60,621 nucleotides of DNA from an uncultured bacterium (GCA_903958395.1 CAJBSZ010000346.1:1-60621); one strand, 5' to 3'. Numbered from the stretch's first letter, positions 8,701-17,666 are shown. Notes: generated by a model from the sequence alone, not told the origin. Numbers and translations are program-made.

Positions 8701-11340
8701 GCTCCACGGGACATGAGCGTTAAGTTCCCGGCCCATGACGCTGGTTCCCTCAAAACAGGTGACGCCAAGAGGTTGATTCGTGGCGCCGTATTGCCAGAAG
8801 CTGATGGAGACCGCATTGCTGATCGTGGCCAAGGCGGAGGGAGGGACGATAACGCTATCGGACCCGCGGAAGTTGCGGGCGTTGCCAAGAATACCGGTGA
8901 CACACACGGCACCGACGTTGGTGGCGGGATGAGCGGCCGGGGCGGAATCGGACAGAACGGTGTTGGTTTCGGAAAGATGCCATACGCCCAGGAAGTTCGT
9001 TGACCAAGTGGCGGAAGCATTTGAGGAATTGGTGGCCTCAGGGTTGTTGTAATGCAGCCAGAAATAACCGGTCGAGTTGGTTCCACCCGCGTCGGGGAGA
9101 CGGACCCAGAAGAGGGACTCGCCACCGGGGTTCCAGCGCTCAAGTTCAAAGGCCAGCGGCGCTCCGGTGGCGTCGGTGAAGAGGATGTCGCGGCCGGCGG
9201 CAGCACATTGGGAATAGTCCACCCGTTCCGGGGTGAGGCGGATCAAAACGGGAACATCGGCCAGGGAATTCGTGAGCACGCCGTCACGGAAGGAGAGTTT
9301 GAGGCGATTGCGCCAATGTGAGGCGGGGTGGGATTCGGCATCGGCGGGATCGGTTCCTCGCTGGACCTCGTCGGCATCCTTGAAACCATCGAGGTCGGAA
9401 TCGGAAGCCAAGGGATTGGAGTGCCAGGTATTGACCTCGGTACCGTCGAGAAGGCCATCGTTGTCGCTATCGGACTTCGCCAGGTCGGTGCCGTGCAGAT
9501 ACTCGGACGTATTAGATAGGCCGTCGAGATCGGAATCCAGCGCCCCATCCGCCGCGCTGGCGGGATTGAGCGCATGGGCGATTTCCCATCCGTCAGGCAT
9601 GGAATCATTGTCCGAATCCGGATTGGCGGGACTTGTTCCAAGGCGATATTCTTCACCATTGTTCACCCCATCATGATCAGAATCGCCGGACTCCGTCTCG
9701 TTGGTGTTCCCCATGTACTGCATCTCCCAGTCATCCGGCAAAGTGTCGCCATCCAGCGACAATCCGGCAGGCACGTTGGTGCTGACGCTGAATTGGTCCA
9801 AGCCACCCGACCCACCCTCCATGGCAAACTCGTGGAGTTCGCTTGCGGGGATGCCGAAACCCAGATCCTCAGCCACCTTCATGCCATTGAGACATATGAG
9901 CCAGCGTTGGGCGGCGAAGTCCATGCCGATAGAGAGCCGAACCCAAGACTCCAGTTTAACAGGAGGAACGTTCGTAAGAGACATCCATTTCTGGCCCGCC
10001 GGCTTGCGCCCATCCTGCACGACGAGATGGCCTTGGGGATCGAACATAAAGGCGACGGTTTGATTGGTCATGTCCTGGGGGATGTCAGCGGCCTTTGCCG
10101 CGGCATGGAAATCCACCCACGAAATCTGGCCAGGCAGTTGGGCGAAAAGACGGTGTACCTCCGATGTCACGATCCCGGAGTGGAACCGGATAGCCTGTTC
10201 GCCCTCCCAGACAACATTGGTCTGGACAAGGACCGTGTTACTCGGCGATGCGATCCACCCGTTCTGCCCGTTCACGTCGCCCACATGCACCGTGTTCGTC
10301 TCGAACCGGTCAAGAAACGGCAAACGAGTGAAATCGTTGGAGGCATAAGGGTCCAGACCCATCGCTCGTTCAGCGGCATCGCTCATCCCATCCCCGTCCA
10401 AATCCGGGTCGGTCAGGGTGATATTCACGCCACTCGTGTTGCCGGTAAGAACCAGCGAGGTGGCACCATTGGGAGCCTGATATCCGCCGCGTGGTTCCCA
10501 GTCATCTGGGATGCCATTGCCGTTCACATCCCGGAAGGCACGGGGATACCAGGTCTGCCTCAGTGGCAAACCCGACAACGTGTACACCCCTGGAATACCG
10601 AGGGTCAGGTAATGCGCCGACGCCCAATCCGCAGCATTGGTCGTAGCCAATACATGGATCACCCCCATCTGGACACCGACATAGAACACCTGGCCGGTGA
10701 TGGCGGCACAGGGCACAGACAAGGCTGAATCAAGGTCGCTCCCCCAGGCCAGTTCCTCCGAATCAGAATACCCATCGCCATCACGGTCCGAAGAAAGCAG
10801 GGTGTCGAATATCGTCATCGCGCCAGCGTCGCGCCTGAGCCGAATACCCGTCGCATTGGTATAGAGGCCAAACGGGATGGTGAAAGTCCGGCTCGTCACC
10901 CCACCCCCGCCCGAGAGCAGGTTATTGAAGAGATTTGATGTGAAAACAGGTTCGTTCGGGTCATTCGTCCCAGGAAACCCGTAGAGATCCAGCATCAGGG
11001 TGGCGTTGCTGTGATCCACATAATCCAACTGCATCAGCACATTGTTTGTCAGGTGGATTCGATCCACCTCAATGTTCAAAGCGGCTTCGTTGGTGTCCCC
11101 GGCCTCCACCACCCAGGCGGGGATATTGGTGTTCCATGCGCCGCCGATCTTGAACGCCGACACCATCCAGTCCGGCCATGGCGAAAACAGAACATCCTCA
11201 TTGCTGACACAGGTTGAATCGCCCCACGGAATCCAGGCATCGGTGACGGCATTGGTGGAGGGGTTATCAGCCCGGGAAGGCAGAACACAACCCAAGAGAA
11301 CAAAGGCGAGAACAGAGCAATATAAATAAGATATTTTCAT
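5797..11340 (-). CDS. Large secreted multidomain protein (thrombospondin type-3-like DxDxDG repeats, DUF2341, LamG-like, Calx-beta)
   Basis: 1847 aa with a signal peptide; many DxDxDGxxDxWE..GTxP repeats; DUF2341-like VPVLIRL..DILFTD..FELERW..FWVRLP; LamG-like WNHWTFT..RIYVNG..LDELRV; Calx-beta-like ATEGADF..VVIPSG..DDLWLEGAETITVTI. Confidence 0.85.
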   Translation of the reverse strand: MKISYLYCSVLAFVLLGCVLPSRADNPSTNAVTDAWIPWGDSTCVSNEDVLFSPWPDWMVSAFKIGGAWNTNIPAWVVEAGDTNEAALNIEVDRIHLTNNVLMQLDYVDHSNATLMLDLYGFPGTNDPNEPVFTSNLFNNLLSGGGGVTSRTFTIPFGLYTNATGIRLRRDAGAMTIFDTLLSSDRDGDGYSDSEELAWGSDLDSALSVPCAAITGQVFYVGVQMGVIHVLATTNAADWASAHYLTLGIPGVYTLSGLPLRQTWYPRAFRDVNGNGIPDDWEPRGGYQAPNGATSLVLTGNTSGVNITLTDPDLDGDGMSDAAERAMGLDPYASNDFTRLPFLDRFETNTVHVGDVNGQNGWIASPSNTVLVQTNVVWEGEQAIRFHSGIVTSEVHRLFAQLPGQISWVDFHAAAKAADIPQDMTNQTVAFMFDPQGHLVVQDGRKPAGQKWMSLTNVPPVKLESWVRLSIGMDFAAQRWLICLNGMKVAEDLGFGIPASELHEFAMEGGSGGLDQFSVSTNVPAGLSLDGDTLPDDWEMQYMGNTNETESGDSDHDGVNNGEEYRLGTSPANPDSDNDSMPDGWEIAHALNPASAADGALDSDLDGLSNTSEYLHGTDLAKSDSDNDGLLDGTEVNTWHSNPLASDSDLDGFKDADEVQRGTDPADAESHPASHWRNRLKLSFRDGVLTNSLADVPVLIRLTPERVDYSQCAAAGRDILFTDATGAPLAFELERWNPGGESLFWVRLPDAGGTNSTGYFWLHYNNPEATNSSNASATWSTNFLGVWHLSETNTVLSDSAPAAHPATNVGAVCVTGILGNARNFRGSDSVIVPPSALATISNAVSISFWQYGATNQPLGVTCFEGTSVMGRELNAHVPWSDSNVYWDAFGNYDRINKLATTNLFKGGWNHWTFTKDRASGIMRIYVNGELWHSGTGKTRAYSPVTAFWFGAAASGSSGYVGMLDELRVESLAQSPEWIRFQYKAMTDQILVYGEQQVSIAGTANGAEPAQAGTFTLSRLAQDTNLALSVNLAVPGGAATEGADFSAIPRTVVIPSGAPQVSFTVPTLDDLWLEGAETITVTIAQGNYFINPTNASASIAIIDDDTDTDNDGLCDGWEMIHFGNLEAAATDDADGDGVDNRHEFLNRTDPHSSDSDNDGLPDQWEITKGTAPLTPDSGADPDNDGLTNMQEYQLGTNPKSADTDSDGMPDKWEVDHALNPLVNDASADPDSDGLSNLKEYQASSDPHNPDTDGDGLSDGAEVNTYKTSPLKSDTDSDGLPDKWEVDNGTNPLVNDAAADPDGDQLLNSGEYLAGTKPKVADTDGDGVNDKVEIMAYADPLVVDFNGTVTDLLVLNGRDATSWIGTWAIEGVAISARERSGSLDYLLAIPSNGTFAVAVNVTQQNVLTALNTFDLSLFIDGTISGRQTVKAPYGTNCTATFFLPELAAGDHVIRLRWNNDTPNTFLKVNSLKLQSFGGLDANTNGIPDWLDHRMASLSETGPVPESTLVSPICMEGSAVYQERLSIAASYAPGGQTQQIVAVQHGLRTTWFANVFISPTNTTEIVTADQSSGVMVSNNVIWEAVNLLDASFSNGLAIRGGSSLRLSAWPVEATNGLATFMVSTGTNVVTNLVAMVGSPVPYCFSQAGNFTVLGACSNETTFTNGSLAVQVISGSFNGEEAECVTGQARTWDCPGIKTDAVVQADSQLSVSSTNLVGGGTRFTLMNPTDGPFYMVARLGADGPVLDSAKISSIRGDHGTYFKVVETFADGSRMVEVRLQLGYVPSDLTVVLHIFAGGVTFLDGTLNKTLTAADFNELGVCTYRMLQSASSRSSTCHTTKLYQGGLYIGGN

Positions 11341-11486
11341 ATGGATTTATTCCTACCACGCTGAAGCGATTACCCGAACCCGATTCTCGATATATCTATT
11401 CCCATCCATTCCAACTGCCTGCAGACAATCTACCCTCACAAAACTAAACCAGTAAACACCTTCCCCATCCTGATAATCCTGGCTTT

Positions 11487-11578
11487 TGTCAATTCTTGTA
11501 CTCCATATCTGTGATTTTTCGGGCACCTTGCACCGCGAGAAATGCCCAGCCAATATTTGTATTTTACAGCCCCGTCAG
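11487..11578 (-). promoter_or_regulatory. Conserved ~90-bp upstream element, copy 1 (contains TTGACA on the minus strand)
   Basis: Aligns with 17667..17762 (TGTCAATTCTTGT.CTCCA...GGCACCTTG...ATGCCCA...TTTACAG.CCCGT.AG). Confidence 0.5.
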
Positions 11579-11720
11579 AACCTCGTTAATTTGCAATTTT
11601 CGGTCTGACTCCGACTGCCCCCAGGACCCCGCATCCAGTTTAAAAAAACAACATACGATAACGCGGAAAAAGCAATAATTTTACTTTTCACGACTGTACT
11701 CTCCTTAGATGTTGACCCCG

Positions 11721-12359
11721 TCATGGCTGGCTGTTAGTGGATCCCATGAGTGTAAACATATACTGCAAACGTGAAGCTGTACAATAGCTCCATGTCACTT
11801 GCCCGCCCTGACGATCTGCATCCAAAGGAAACACGGCACTTAAATTGATTACATGAGCACCATCTCCTTTCACCGGAAACAATAAAGGAAAGGAAATATT
11901 CTCCCCTGGCCGCAGATAATGGCAAATTCTTTCTGGGTTGAACTGAAAGTTCAAACTAAACTCATCTTTTATGATGCCTCCAGCATTGAATGAAGCGGAA
12001 GACAGCTTTAACAAATATGGCTCATAAATAACGATAGGACGTTGCGATATATTATAAATAACAATCTCGGCGACGGGCGTACTAGGCTGCCGATAGAATG
12101 CTGCACCATTAGCCTTCATGGATACATCCCCGATATTAATTTTCAGCTTCTCCGCCAGTTTTTTGAGATTTCCCCGATAGAAGAGATCGCATGCGTCCTT
12201 ATGGAATTCCGCCTCAGTTGCAGAGGCACCCTCACTAGACATCGAAGTCACTTGCTCGGCAAACAGAAGAGCCTTGCGTACTGATAAACCAGTAATCACT
12301 AAATAGCAGGTTAAAAAACCCAACAGAAACGTCATTAACCGCCAAAATATTTTCCTCAT
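11721..12359 (-). CDS. Hypothetical membrane-anchored protein, candidate immunity protein for RHS2
   Basis: Directly downstream of RHS2; AT-richer than its flanks; N-terminal TM helix followed by a beta-rich domain. Confidence 0.6.
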   Translation of the reverse strand: MRKIFWRLMTFLLGFLTCYLVITGLSVRKALLFAEQVTSMSSEGASATEAEFHKDACDLFYRGNLKKLAEKLKINIGDVSMKANGAAFYRQPSTPVAEIVIYNISQRPIVIYEPYLLKLSSASFNAGGIIKDEFSLNFQFNPERICHYLRPGENISFPLLFPVKGDGAHVINLSAVFPLDADRQGGQVTWSYCTASRLQYMFTLMGSTNSQP

Positions 12360-12416
12360 ACACTTTCCTCAAGTTGGCCTTATCTGTCATTCAAAGCAGA
12401 AGCAGAAATCTCAGCA

Positions 12417-15400
12417 TCAATACCACACATATGTAGTTGTCTCCATCTTATCAAATTCGACAGCGATTAAGGGCGCAGGAAACCAGTGATAATTAGAGGC
12501 ATTGATCGTAAAATCTGTACGAAGCAATATCGCCCAAATTGAAACACACTCAGTGATCTGAATATGACTAGTTACTGTGGAAAATGACCTGGGCGAGGGT
12601 GGAGGAAGGCCAGGCGGAGTTCGAGTCGGAATTATGGGGTACCACCAGATCTCCCAATGAGTTGAAAGTATGTCTTCTGACACGACAAGTTGTTCACATC
12701 CAGAGCAATGCTTTGGTCCAAGTACAATCGTAGCAACCAAACCAAGATGATCACATACGTCAATTGGATTATTGATGCAAAAAGCAATAATATTGATATC
12801 AAATTTCTCCCCAATCGGATCCCTTGACGCCCATCTCCCGATTTCCGGTACATAGTAGCGGTAGCCGTAATAATAGAGGCCAGTCTCAGCATCCAAATAT
12901 TTCGTTGAAAATCGGAACGGATTCACATCGGCCAGCGCACCGGTCTTACTAATCGTGTTCCCGTACGGATCAAACTGATATTGCGCCAGGAATTGGCCAT
13001 TCGTTCCAAACAAATCAGTAACATTGCCGTTTGCATCGTAGCAGTAGAAAGCAGTTGTTGAGTTGCTAGGTTGCTGCGTTGTTAAGGAAAGCAGGCCGCC
13101 GATGGTGCCAGCCCCCTGGGCGGTTCCGGAAAGATCAAGCCCGTAAACGTAACTGTTTGTAGAGGATGCGGTGCTTTCGGCGATCATCGCCCAGCCCTGG
13201 TAGAGGAAGCGGGTTTCAGTTGCTGGGCTGTTGAGTTGTTGAGTTGTTTTGGAGACCCGCCGGGACATGTAGTCATAACTGTTGGAGATCACAGTGTTCG
13301 CGTTGGATGCGAGCACCAGGCGGTTCTCGGCGTCCCACACGAAAGTCCAGTCCTTGTAGCCGCCCCCTCCTTCGCCAAGGCTACGGAGGGCTACGATGTT
13401 ACCGTCGGCGTCGTAGGCGGGGAGGATTTGAGATTGCTGATTTGAGATTGCAGAATACTGGTTTAGGGAGTTGGCAGCATAACTCATGGCTTCCGCATTG
13501 TTGGTGGCTGTCCGGCGGTTGCCGATGGGGTCGTAACGATAGTTGAATGAGTTTGTGCCCATGGCTACGTCTTCCAATTCACTGCGCATATTGTAGGCGA
13601 AAAGGTTCGAGATAACGGTGGAAATGTCGACATCGGCACGCTTGACGCGGCGACCGATCTCATCATTCGCATAATCAAACCTGTGAAGCGAAACACCACC
13701 GAAACCATTAGTTATCGAGGCGATCAGGTTGCGGTTGGGCTCGTAACTGCGAACAACGTTGAAGCCTGTGTTTGTCTCCTGCACTGACTGGATTAAGTCG
13801 GAACCCGCCAGATATCCGTAGTGGAAGTTCTGCGGCGAAAGAGACGCCGCCCGGAGGTCGGCGTCCACCTGAAGGAAACGCCCCACAAGGTCATAGCCGT
13901 AGCGGACTGAGTAAGACGGCTCATCCGGAGGATTCGCCCTACCTGAAGAAAAGCCAGCGGGACGACCGAGAGTGTCGGAGGCGTAGGTTAGGATGCTTTG
14001 CGTGTTAGTTTCGGACACGAGTTGCAGGGCATCATTGTAGGTGAAGGTTCGGGTGCCGGTTCCATCGGTGATGGTGGTTTGACGGCCAAGGCGGTCGTAG
14101 GCGAAGGTTATGCACGGGGTTCCATCGCTGTAACTGATGTTGGTGAGTTGGCCAAGCGAATCGTAATTATAGGTGGTGACGACGCCACGGGCCCAGATTC
14201 GAGTGAGGAGCTTGCCGTCAGCCGTATATGTGTAAGCTGGTCCCTTGTTGTCGGAATAGAGCTTGTTGGTGAGGAGCCCTGTGGCCTGATCGTACAGCCA
14301 GGTCGTACGGTCAAAGGATGAAATATGAGTTAGGAATGATGAATAGTTCGAGATGACGAGCGAGGAGTCGCGAAGGGTGTACATGGCGGTCATGCGACCG
14401 TAGGCGTCGTAATCATAGGCCACGGGGTAAGTGGCACCCCAGGTGGCGAGAGTGCGTCCTTCAGCGTCATAGGTGGTAAAGGTTGAATTCGAGAGCGCAT
14501 CAGTGACCTGGACACGGCGGCCGAGGTCGTCAAAGATAAAACTTGTTCGATTGCTGGCGGCATCCATGGTCCAGTCGATCTGGCCATTGTCATTGTAATG
14601 GCTCACGGTCGCGACGGAGCGCGACCCTCCAGAGGATACACAAGTTTGGCGGCCTAGGGGGTCGCATGCGTAGGCGGTTTGGACGCCGGTCTTGGATGTC
14701 GAGGAGGTCAATTGGCCGTTGATAGTGACCTGGGTGGCAGCGTTGGTGGAATCGGGGTAGATCACGGTTTGCGTGACGGCCTTGTTAGCGCGGTTCACGT
14801 AGTTGCGCGAGATGGTGGAGTTGCCCAGTGTGTCCACCGCCACCATTTCAGATGCGCAATTTGAGATTTGAGAAAACCCTGTGAGGCGGGTCTTCTGCAC
14901 GCTGTTCGTTGTGGGGGTGGCGGAATTGTTTCCGGCGTAAAGAATCAAGGCGCGGCACTGCCAGTAATTACCGGCACCGTCCTGCTCGAACCAGGAGGCG
15001 GATTCGGTGACGCGGTCGGGACCGGCAAGATCGAGAACACCGTTGGTGTTAACGTCGAGACCGCTCCGGATCTGCTCGCCCAGTTCGTTGTACTCGTTGA
15101 GGGTTGTTGAGTTGTTGGGTTGCTGGGTTGTGGAGGTTAGCTGGCCCTTAGTGTTGTAGGAGTAGATTGTCGCAAGCAGGTAGTCGCCCCCTTCGACTCC
15201 GCTCAGGGCAGGAAAACCGGGCTTTTCTTCCTTCACGGTGCGGCCAAGCAAGTCTGTTGTGGTCTTGGACCACATCGGGGAGTTGGTTCCGGAGGGACCC
15301 GTGAAGGCTTTGCTCCACTGTGTGCCGTTCGTGCTGACTCCATAATCATAGGCGGTCTTGATCACACCATTTTTGAGAGTGGCCTTCCATTGGCCCGAAA

Positions 15401-17642
15401 GATAACGGACAGTGGTATTGGTGAGGCCACCCCGGATGGTGGTGCTGGCAGGACCGGCATAGGAATAGGTGGTGATAATCCCCTGCCCGTCCACTGTTGA
15501 GACCAGTCGCCCGGCCAAGTCATAGGTGTTGCTGCTGATCAGTTGCGACAAACCGCCCCCGGCGAGAGTTTCCGTGAGGCGATGGCCAGCGGCGTCATAG
15601 GTGAAACTGGTCACCAAGTCGGTATCATTGCTGGTTGCACTGCGTTTCACGCGGGTAATCATCCGGGCAAGGGAGTCATACCCGTAGGAATACATGACTC
15701 CGTCCGGCCCAATTTCCCATTCCTTCCCGCAACAGTTTTCGCCCCACGAGGCTTCAGTTCTCTCGCCATTGGACTTGAGTGTCAGGATCGGGTGCTGCCA
15801 GTCATCGAAGGTCTTTGCCACCCAGGCCACCCGTTCATAATTGGGGCCACCCTGGCAAACCCAGGTCTCGCTGAGGACTTCCTCCCCCATCGGATCCAAA
15901 ATGCGTGTTTCCTTTGTCGTTTTATCCGCAATACCAAAGGGCTCATTCACCGTTCCATGCACCACCGTCTCGCACCAGTAATTGCCGACTGGACTCGGGG
16001 TAAATGAGGGTGGGATTTCACCGATGGCGGGCTGATAGGTTCCGTACCCATAGGTGAAAGTATCCTGCCGCCCATCAGGGTAAGCCACCGTTTTGACCCG
16101 CCCGATCTGGCAGTTGGCGGTGTTCGTGCCGTAATATGTCGTCACCGTGCGCAGGCTGCTGGCATCGCCATATACCGCCGACGGATTTACGACCTTCTCC
16201 ATCACTTCCTGGTATTCCCGGTTGGCAAGCGTCCGGTAGGCCCGGTAGGTCCGGGCCACCACGGCGCCCAGCACCGATTCCGTCACTGTCCGGGGCTGCT
16301 GGTCGCTCAATCGCGGGCTGTCATTGGGGTCCACCGGCGTAAAATCATAGACTACCCCATGGGCGGCACTGACAGCGGAAGTCAGGACCGAGTCACCCAC
16401 CGGGGCGAGTTCCTTCGTGATTCGTTTCGCGGCATCGTACCCGTAATAACGCCAGCTTCCGTCCGGCTCCACGGCTGTTTCCGTCAATCCCGCTGCATTA
16501 TAGGTGAACCGGTTGGTGAGATTCGCCCCGCCCGGATCCGTCACCCGCAGCGTGACTCCATCCCCGACCGCAAGGGCCTTGATCCGCTCAGTTGTTCGAC
16601 TGACCAGTCCTCCTGAACCATCCTTGACCGAGCGGGTCACCTGCCGTTCCGTCATGGCGTCATTCCACATCGTTTCCTTCGTCTCTTCCCGCATCACATT
16701 GACCCCGTCGCCCGTCGTCATTGCCCAGGTTTGCCCTTCCGAATTGTAGGTGAAGTCATACACCTTCGTCCGGGCACCGATGATTTGCTTCACCAGAAGT
16801 TTCCTGAGCGTCCCGGGCTCCGGGTTCCCAAAGGTCCAAGTCTCGAACGGTTCCGCTTGGGCGATGAGTCGGTAACACCCGTTTGTATCCTTACCGCCAG
16901 TCAATTTGGACAACCCGTAGTATTTCACCGAAAAATGATCATTATCCTCCACCACAATATCCGCCAGCCGACTCGGCAAAAGCACCTGCCTCAGGTTCTG
17001 GCTCGCATCCCGGATCACCTCCACGCCAAGATCCTGATAGGTCTCCTCACGCCCCGAAACCGTCCGATGCAGAATAAGTTGCATGTATTGCGGGGATGCC
17101 TTGTAGGCATTGAACCGGTACAGGTCCCCCTCCTTTGTGTAAAGATCGTAATAGGCAGGTTCCTTTAGAACCGCCCAGCCGTTCGCATCCACCATGAACA
17201 GCCGCAGATTCAGAGCCCACCCCGAATCCGCCACTGGAACGCCGATCGACGCGCCATCGGAAAACTGGAAGGCAAAGGGCACGCCACCCGGATGGATCAG
17301 CGTCACCCGCCGCGGCGCCCCGTCACGGGTAATATCATGCGAGATCCCCTTCATCGCGTATCCCGCCACGAAATTTAATGCCTGCGGCGTGTACGTCGAG
17401 GCCGTCAGAACATCCTCCCCCATCCGGAAGAGAGCCGTCGAGATCGAACTCCCCGGCCGCATCGGCCCCGCCGTGATCTTCACCCAGGCACACCCCGTTC
17501 CCGCTCCGCTACTGTTCGGATCCGGACATTGGCACCCACTGGTGTCCGCCGTATTCTCCGTACACTTGTTGTTGGTGTAAAGATCAGCCCACCCCACCCG
17601 CGATAGCCCACAGCAGAGCAACACCAAGCCAACAATCCGCAT
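12417..17642 (-). CDS. RHS/YD-repeat protein 2 with signal peptide and ~105-aa variable C-terminal domain
   Basis: YD repeats; RHS core PFRFSTKYLDAETGLYYYGYRYYVPEIGRWASRDP; DHLGL motif. Likely start ATG 17642 (MRIVGLVLLCCGLSRVGWA) rather than TTG 17732. Confidence 0.92.
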   Translation of the reverse strand: MRIVGLVLLCCGLSRVGWADLYTNNKCTENTADTSGCQCPDPNSSGAGTGCAWVKITAGPMRPGSSISTALFRMGEDVLTASTYTPQALNFVAGYAMKGISHDITRDGAPRRVTLIHPGGVPFAFQFSDGASIGVPVADSGWALNLRLFMVDANGWAVLKEPAYYDLYTKEGDLYRFNAYKASPQYMQLILHRTVSGREETYQDLGVEVIRDASQNLRQVLLPSRLADIVVEDNDHFSVKYYGLSKLTGGKDTNGCYRLIAQAEPFETWTFGNPEPGTLRKLLVKQIIGARTKVYDFTYNSEGQTWAMTTGDGVNVMREETKETMWNDAMTERQVTRSVKDGSGGLVSRTTERIKALAVGDGVTLRVTDPGGANLTNRFTYNAAGLTETAVEPDGSWRYYGYDAAKRITKELAPVGDSVLTSAVSAAHGVVYDFTPVDPNDSPRLSDQQPRTVTESVLGAVVARTYRAYRTLANREYQEVMEKVVNPSAVYGDASSLRTVTTYYGTNTANCQIGRVKTVAYPDGRQDTFTYGYGTYQPAIGEIPPSFTPSPVGNYWCETVVHGTVNEPFGIADKTTKETRILDPMGEEVLSETWVCQGGPNYERVAWVAKTFDDWQHPILTLKSNGERTEASWGENCCGKEWEIGPDGVMYSYGYDSLARMITRVKRSATSNDTDLVTSFTYDAAGHRLTETLAGGGLSQLISSNTYDLAGRLVSTVDGQGIITTYSYAGPASTTIRGGLTNTTVRYLSGQWKATLKNGVIKTAYDYGVSTNGTQWSKAFTGPSGTNSPMWSKTTTDLLGRTVKEEKPGFPALSGVEGGDYLLATIYSYNTKGQLTSTTQQPNNSTTLNEYNELGEQIRSGLDVNTNGVLDLAGPDRVTESASWFEQDGAGNYWQCRALILYAGNNSATPTTNSVQKTRLTGFSQISNCASEMVAVDTLGNSTISRNYVNRANKAVTQTVIYPDSTNAATQVTINGQLTSSTSKTGVQTAYACDPLGRQTCVSSGGSRSVATVSHYNDNGQIDWTMDAASNRTSFIFDDLGRRVQVTDALSNSTFTTYDAEGRTLATWGATYPVAYDYDAYGRMTAMYTLRDSSLVISNYSSFLTHISSFDRTTWLYDQATGLLTNKLYSDNKGPAYTYTADGKLLTRIWARGVVTTYNYDSLGQLTNISYSDGTPCITFAYDRLGRQTTITDGTGTRTFTYNDALQLVSETNTQSILTYASDTLGRPAGFSSGRANPPDEPSYSVRYGYDLVGRFLQVDADLRAASLSPQNFHYGYLAGSDLIQSVQETNTGFNVVRSYEPNRNLIASITNGFGGVSLHRFDYANDEIGRRVKRADVDISTVISNLFAYNMRSELEDVAMGTNSFNYRYDPIGNRRTATNNAEAMSYAANSLNQYSAISNQQSQILPAYDADGNIVALRSLGEGGGGYKDWTFVWDAENRLVLASNANTVISNSYDYMSRRVSKTTQQLNSPATETRFLYQGWAMIAESTASSTNSYVYGLDLSGTAQGAGTIGGLLSLTTQQPSNSTTAFYCYDANGNVTDLFGTNGQFLAQYQFDPYGNTISKTGALADVNPFRFSTKYLDAETGLYYYGYRYYVPEIGRWASRDPIGEKFDINIIAFCINNPIDVCDHLGLVATIVLGPKHCSGCEQLVVSEDILSTHWEIWWYPIIPTRTPPGLPPPSPRSFSTVTSHIQITECVSIWAILLRTDFTINASNYHWFPAPLIAVEFDKMETTTYVWY
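13054..13085. repeat. Octamer array inside RHS2
   Basis: GTTGTTGA GTTGCTAG GTTGCTGC GTTGTTAA, encoding LTTQQPSNSTT. Confidence 0.7.
13365..13390. repeat. Short palindromic element inside RHS2 (CCCTCC TTCGCCAAGGCTAC GGAGGG)
   Basis: Hairpin encoding ALRSLGEGG; absent from RHS1 at the equivalent YD(L/A)DGN site. Confidence 0.65.
13915..13943 (-). repeat. GTAG-type REP-like element inside RHS2
   Basis: Minus strand GGTAGGGCGAATCCTCCGGATGAGCCGTC (GTAG tetranucleotide plus imperfect hairpin); encodes GRANPPDEP. Confidence 0.6.
14607..14630 (-). repeat. GGAG-type REP-like element inside RHS2
   Basis: GGAG GGTCGCG CTCCGT CGCGACC; same architecture as the intergenic copies at 27796..27859. Confidence 0.7.
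15189..15212. repeat. Short palindromic element inside RHS2 (CCCTTCGACTCCGCTCAGGGCAGG)
   Basis: Encodes PALSGVEG, an insertion relative to RHS1 (KPGYGGAVVAT vs KPGFPALSGVEGGDYLLAT). Confidence 0.7.
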
Positions 17643-17666
17643 CACCACCCGAAATGTCTCGTTATG

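Noticed and set aside
7300-9720. Possible CRISPR array or DGR repeats among the repeated DNA
   Set aside because: The repeats are degenerate coding DxDxDG units; no constant repeat/unique spacer pattern, cas genes, reverse transcriptase or adenine-specific TR/VR pair was seen
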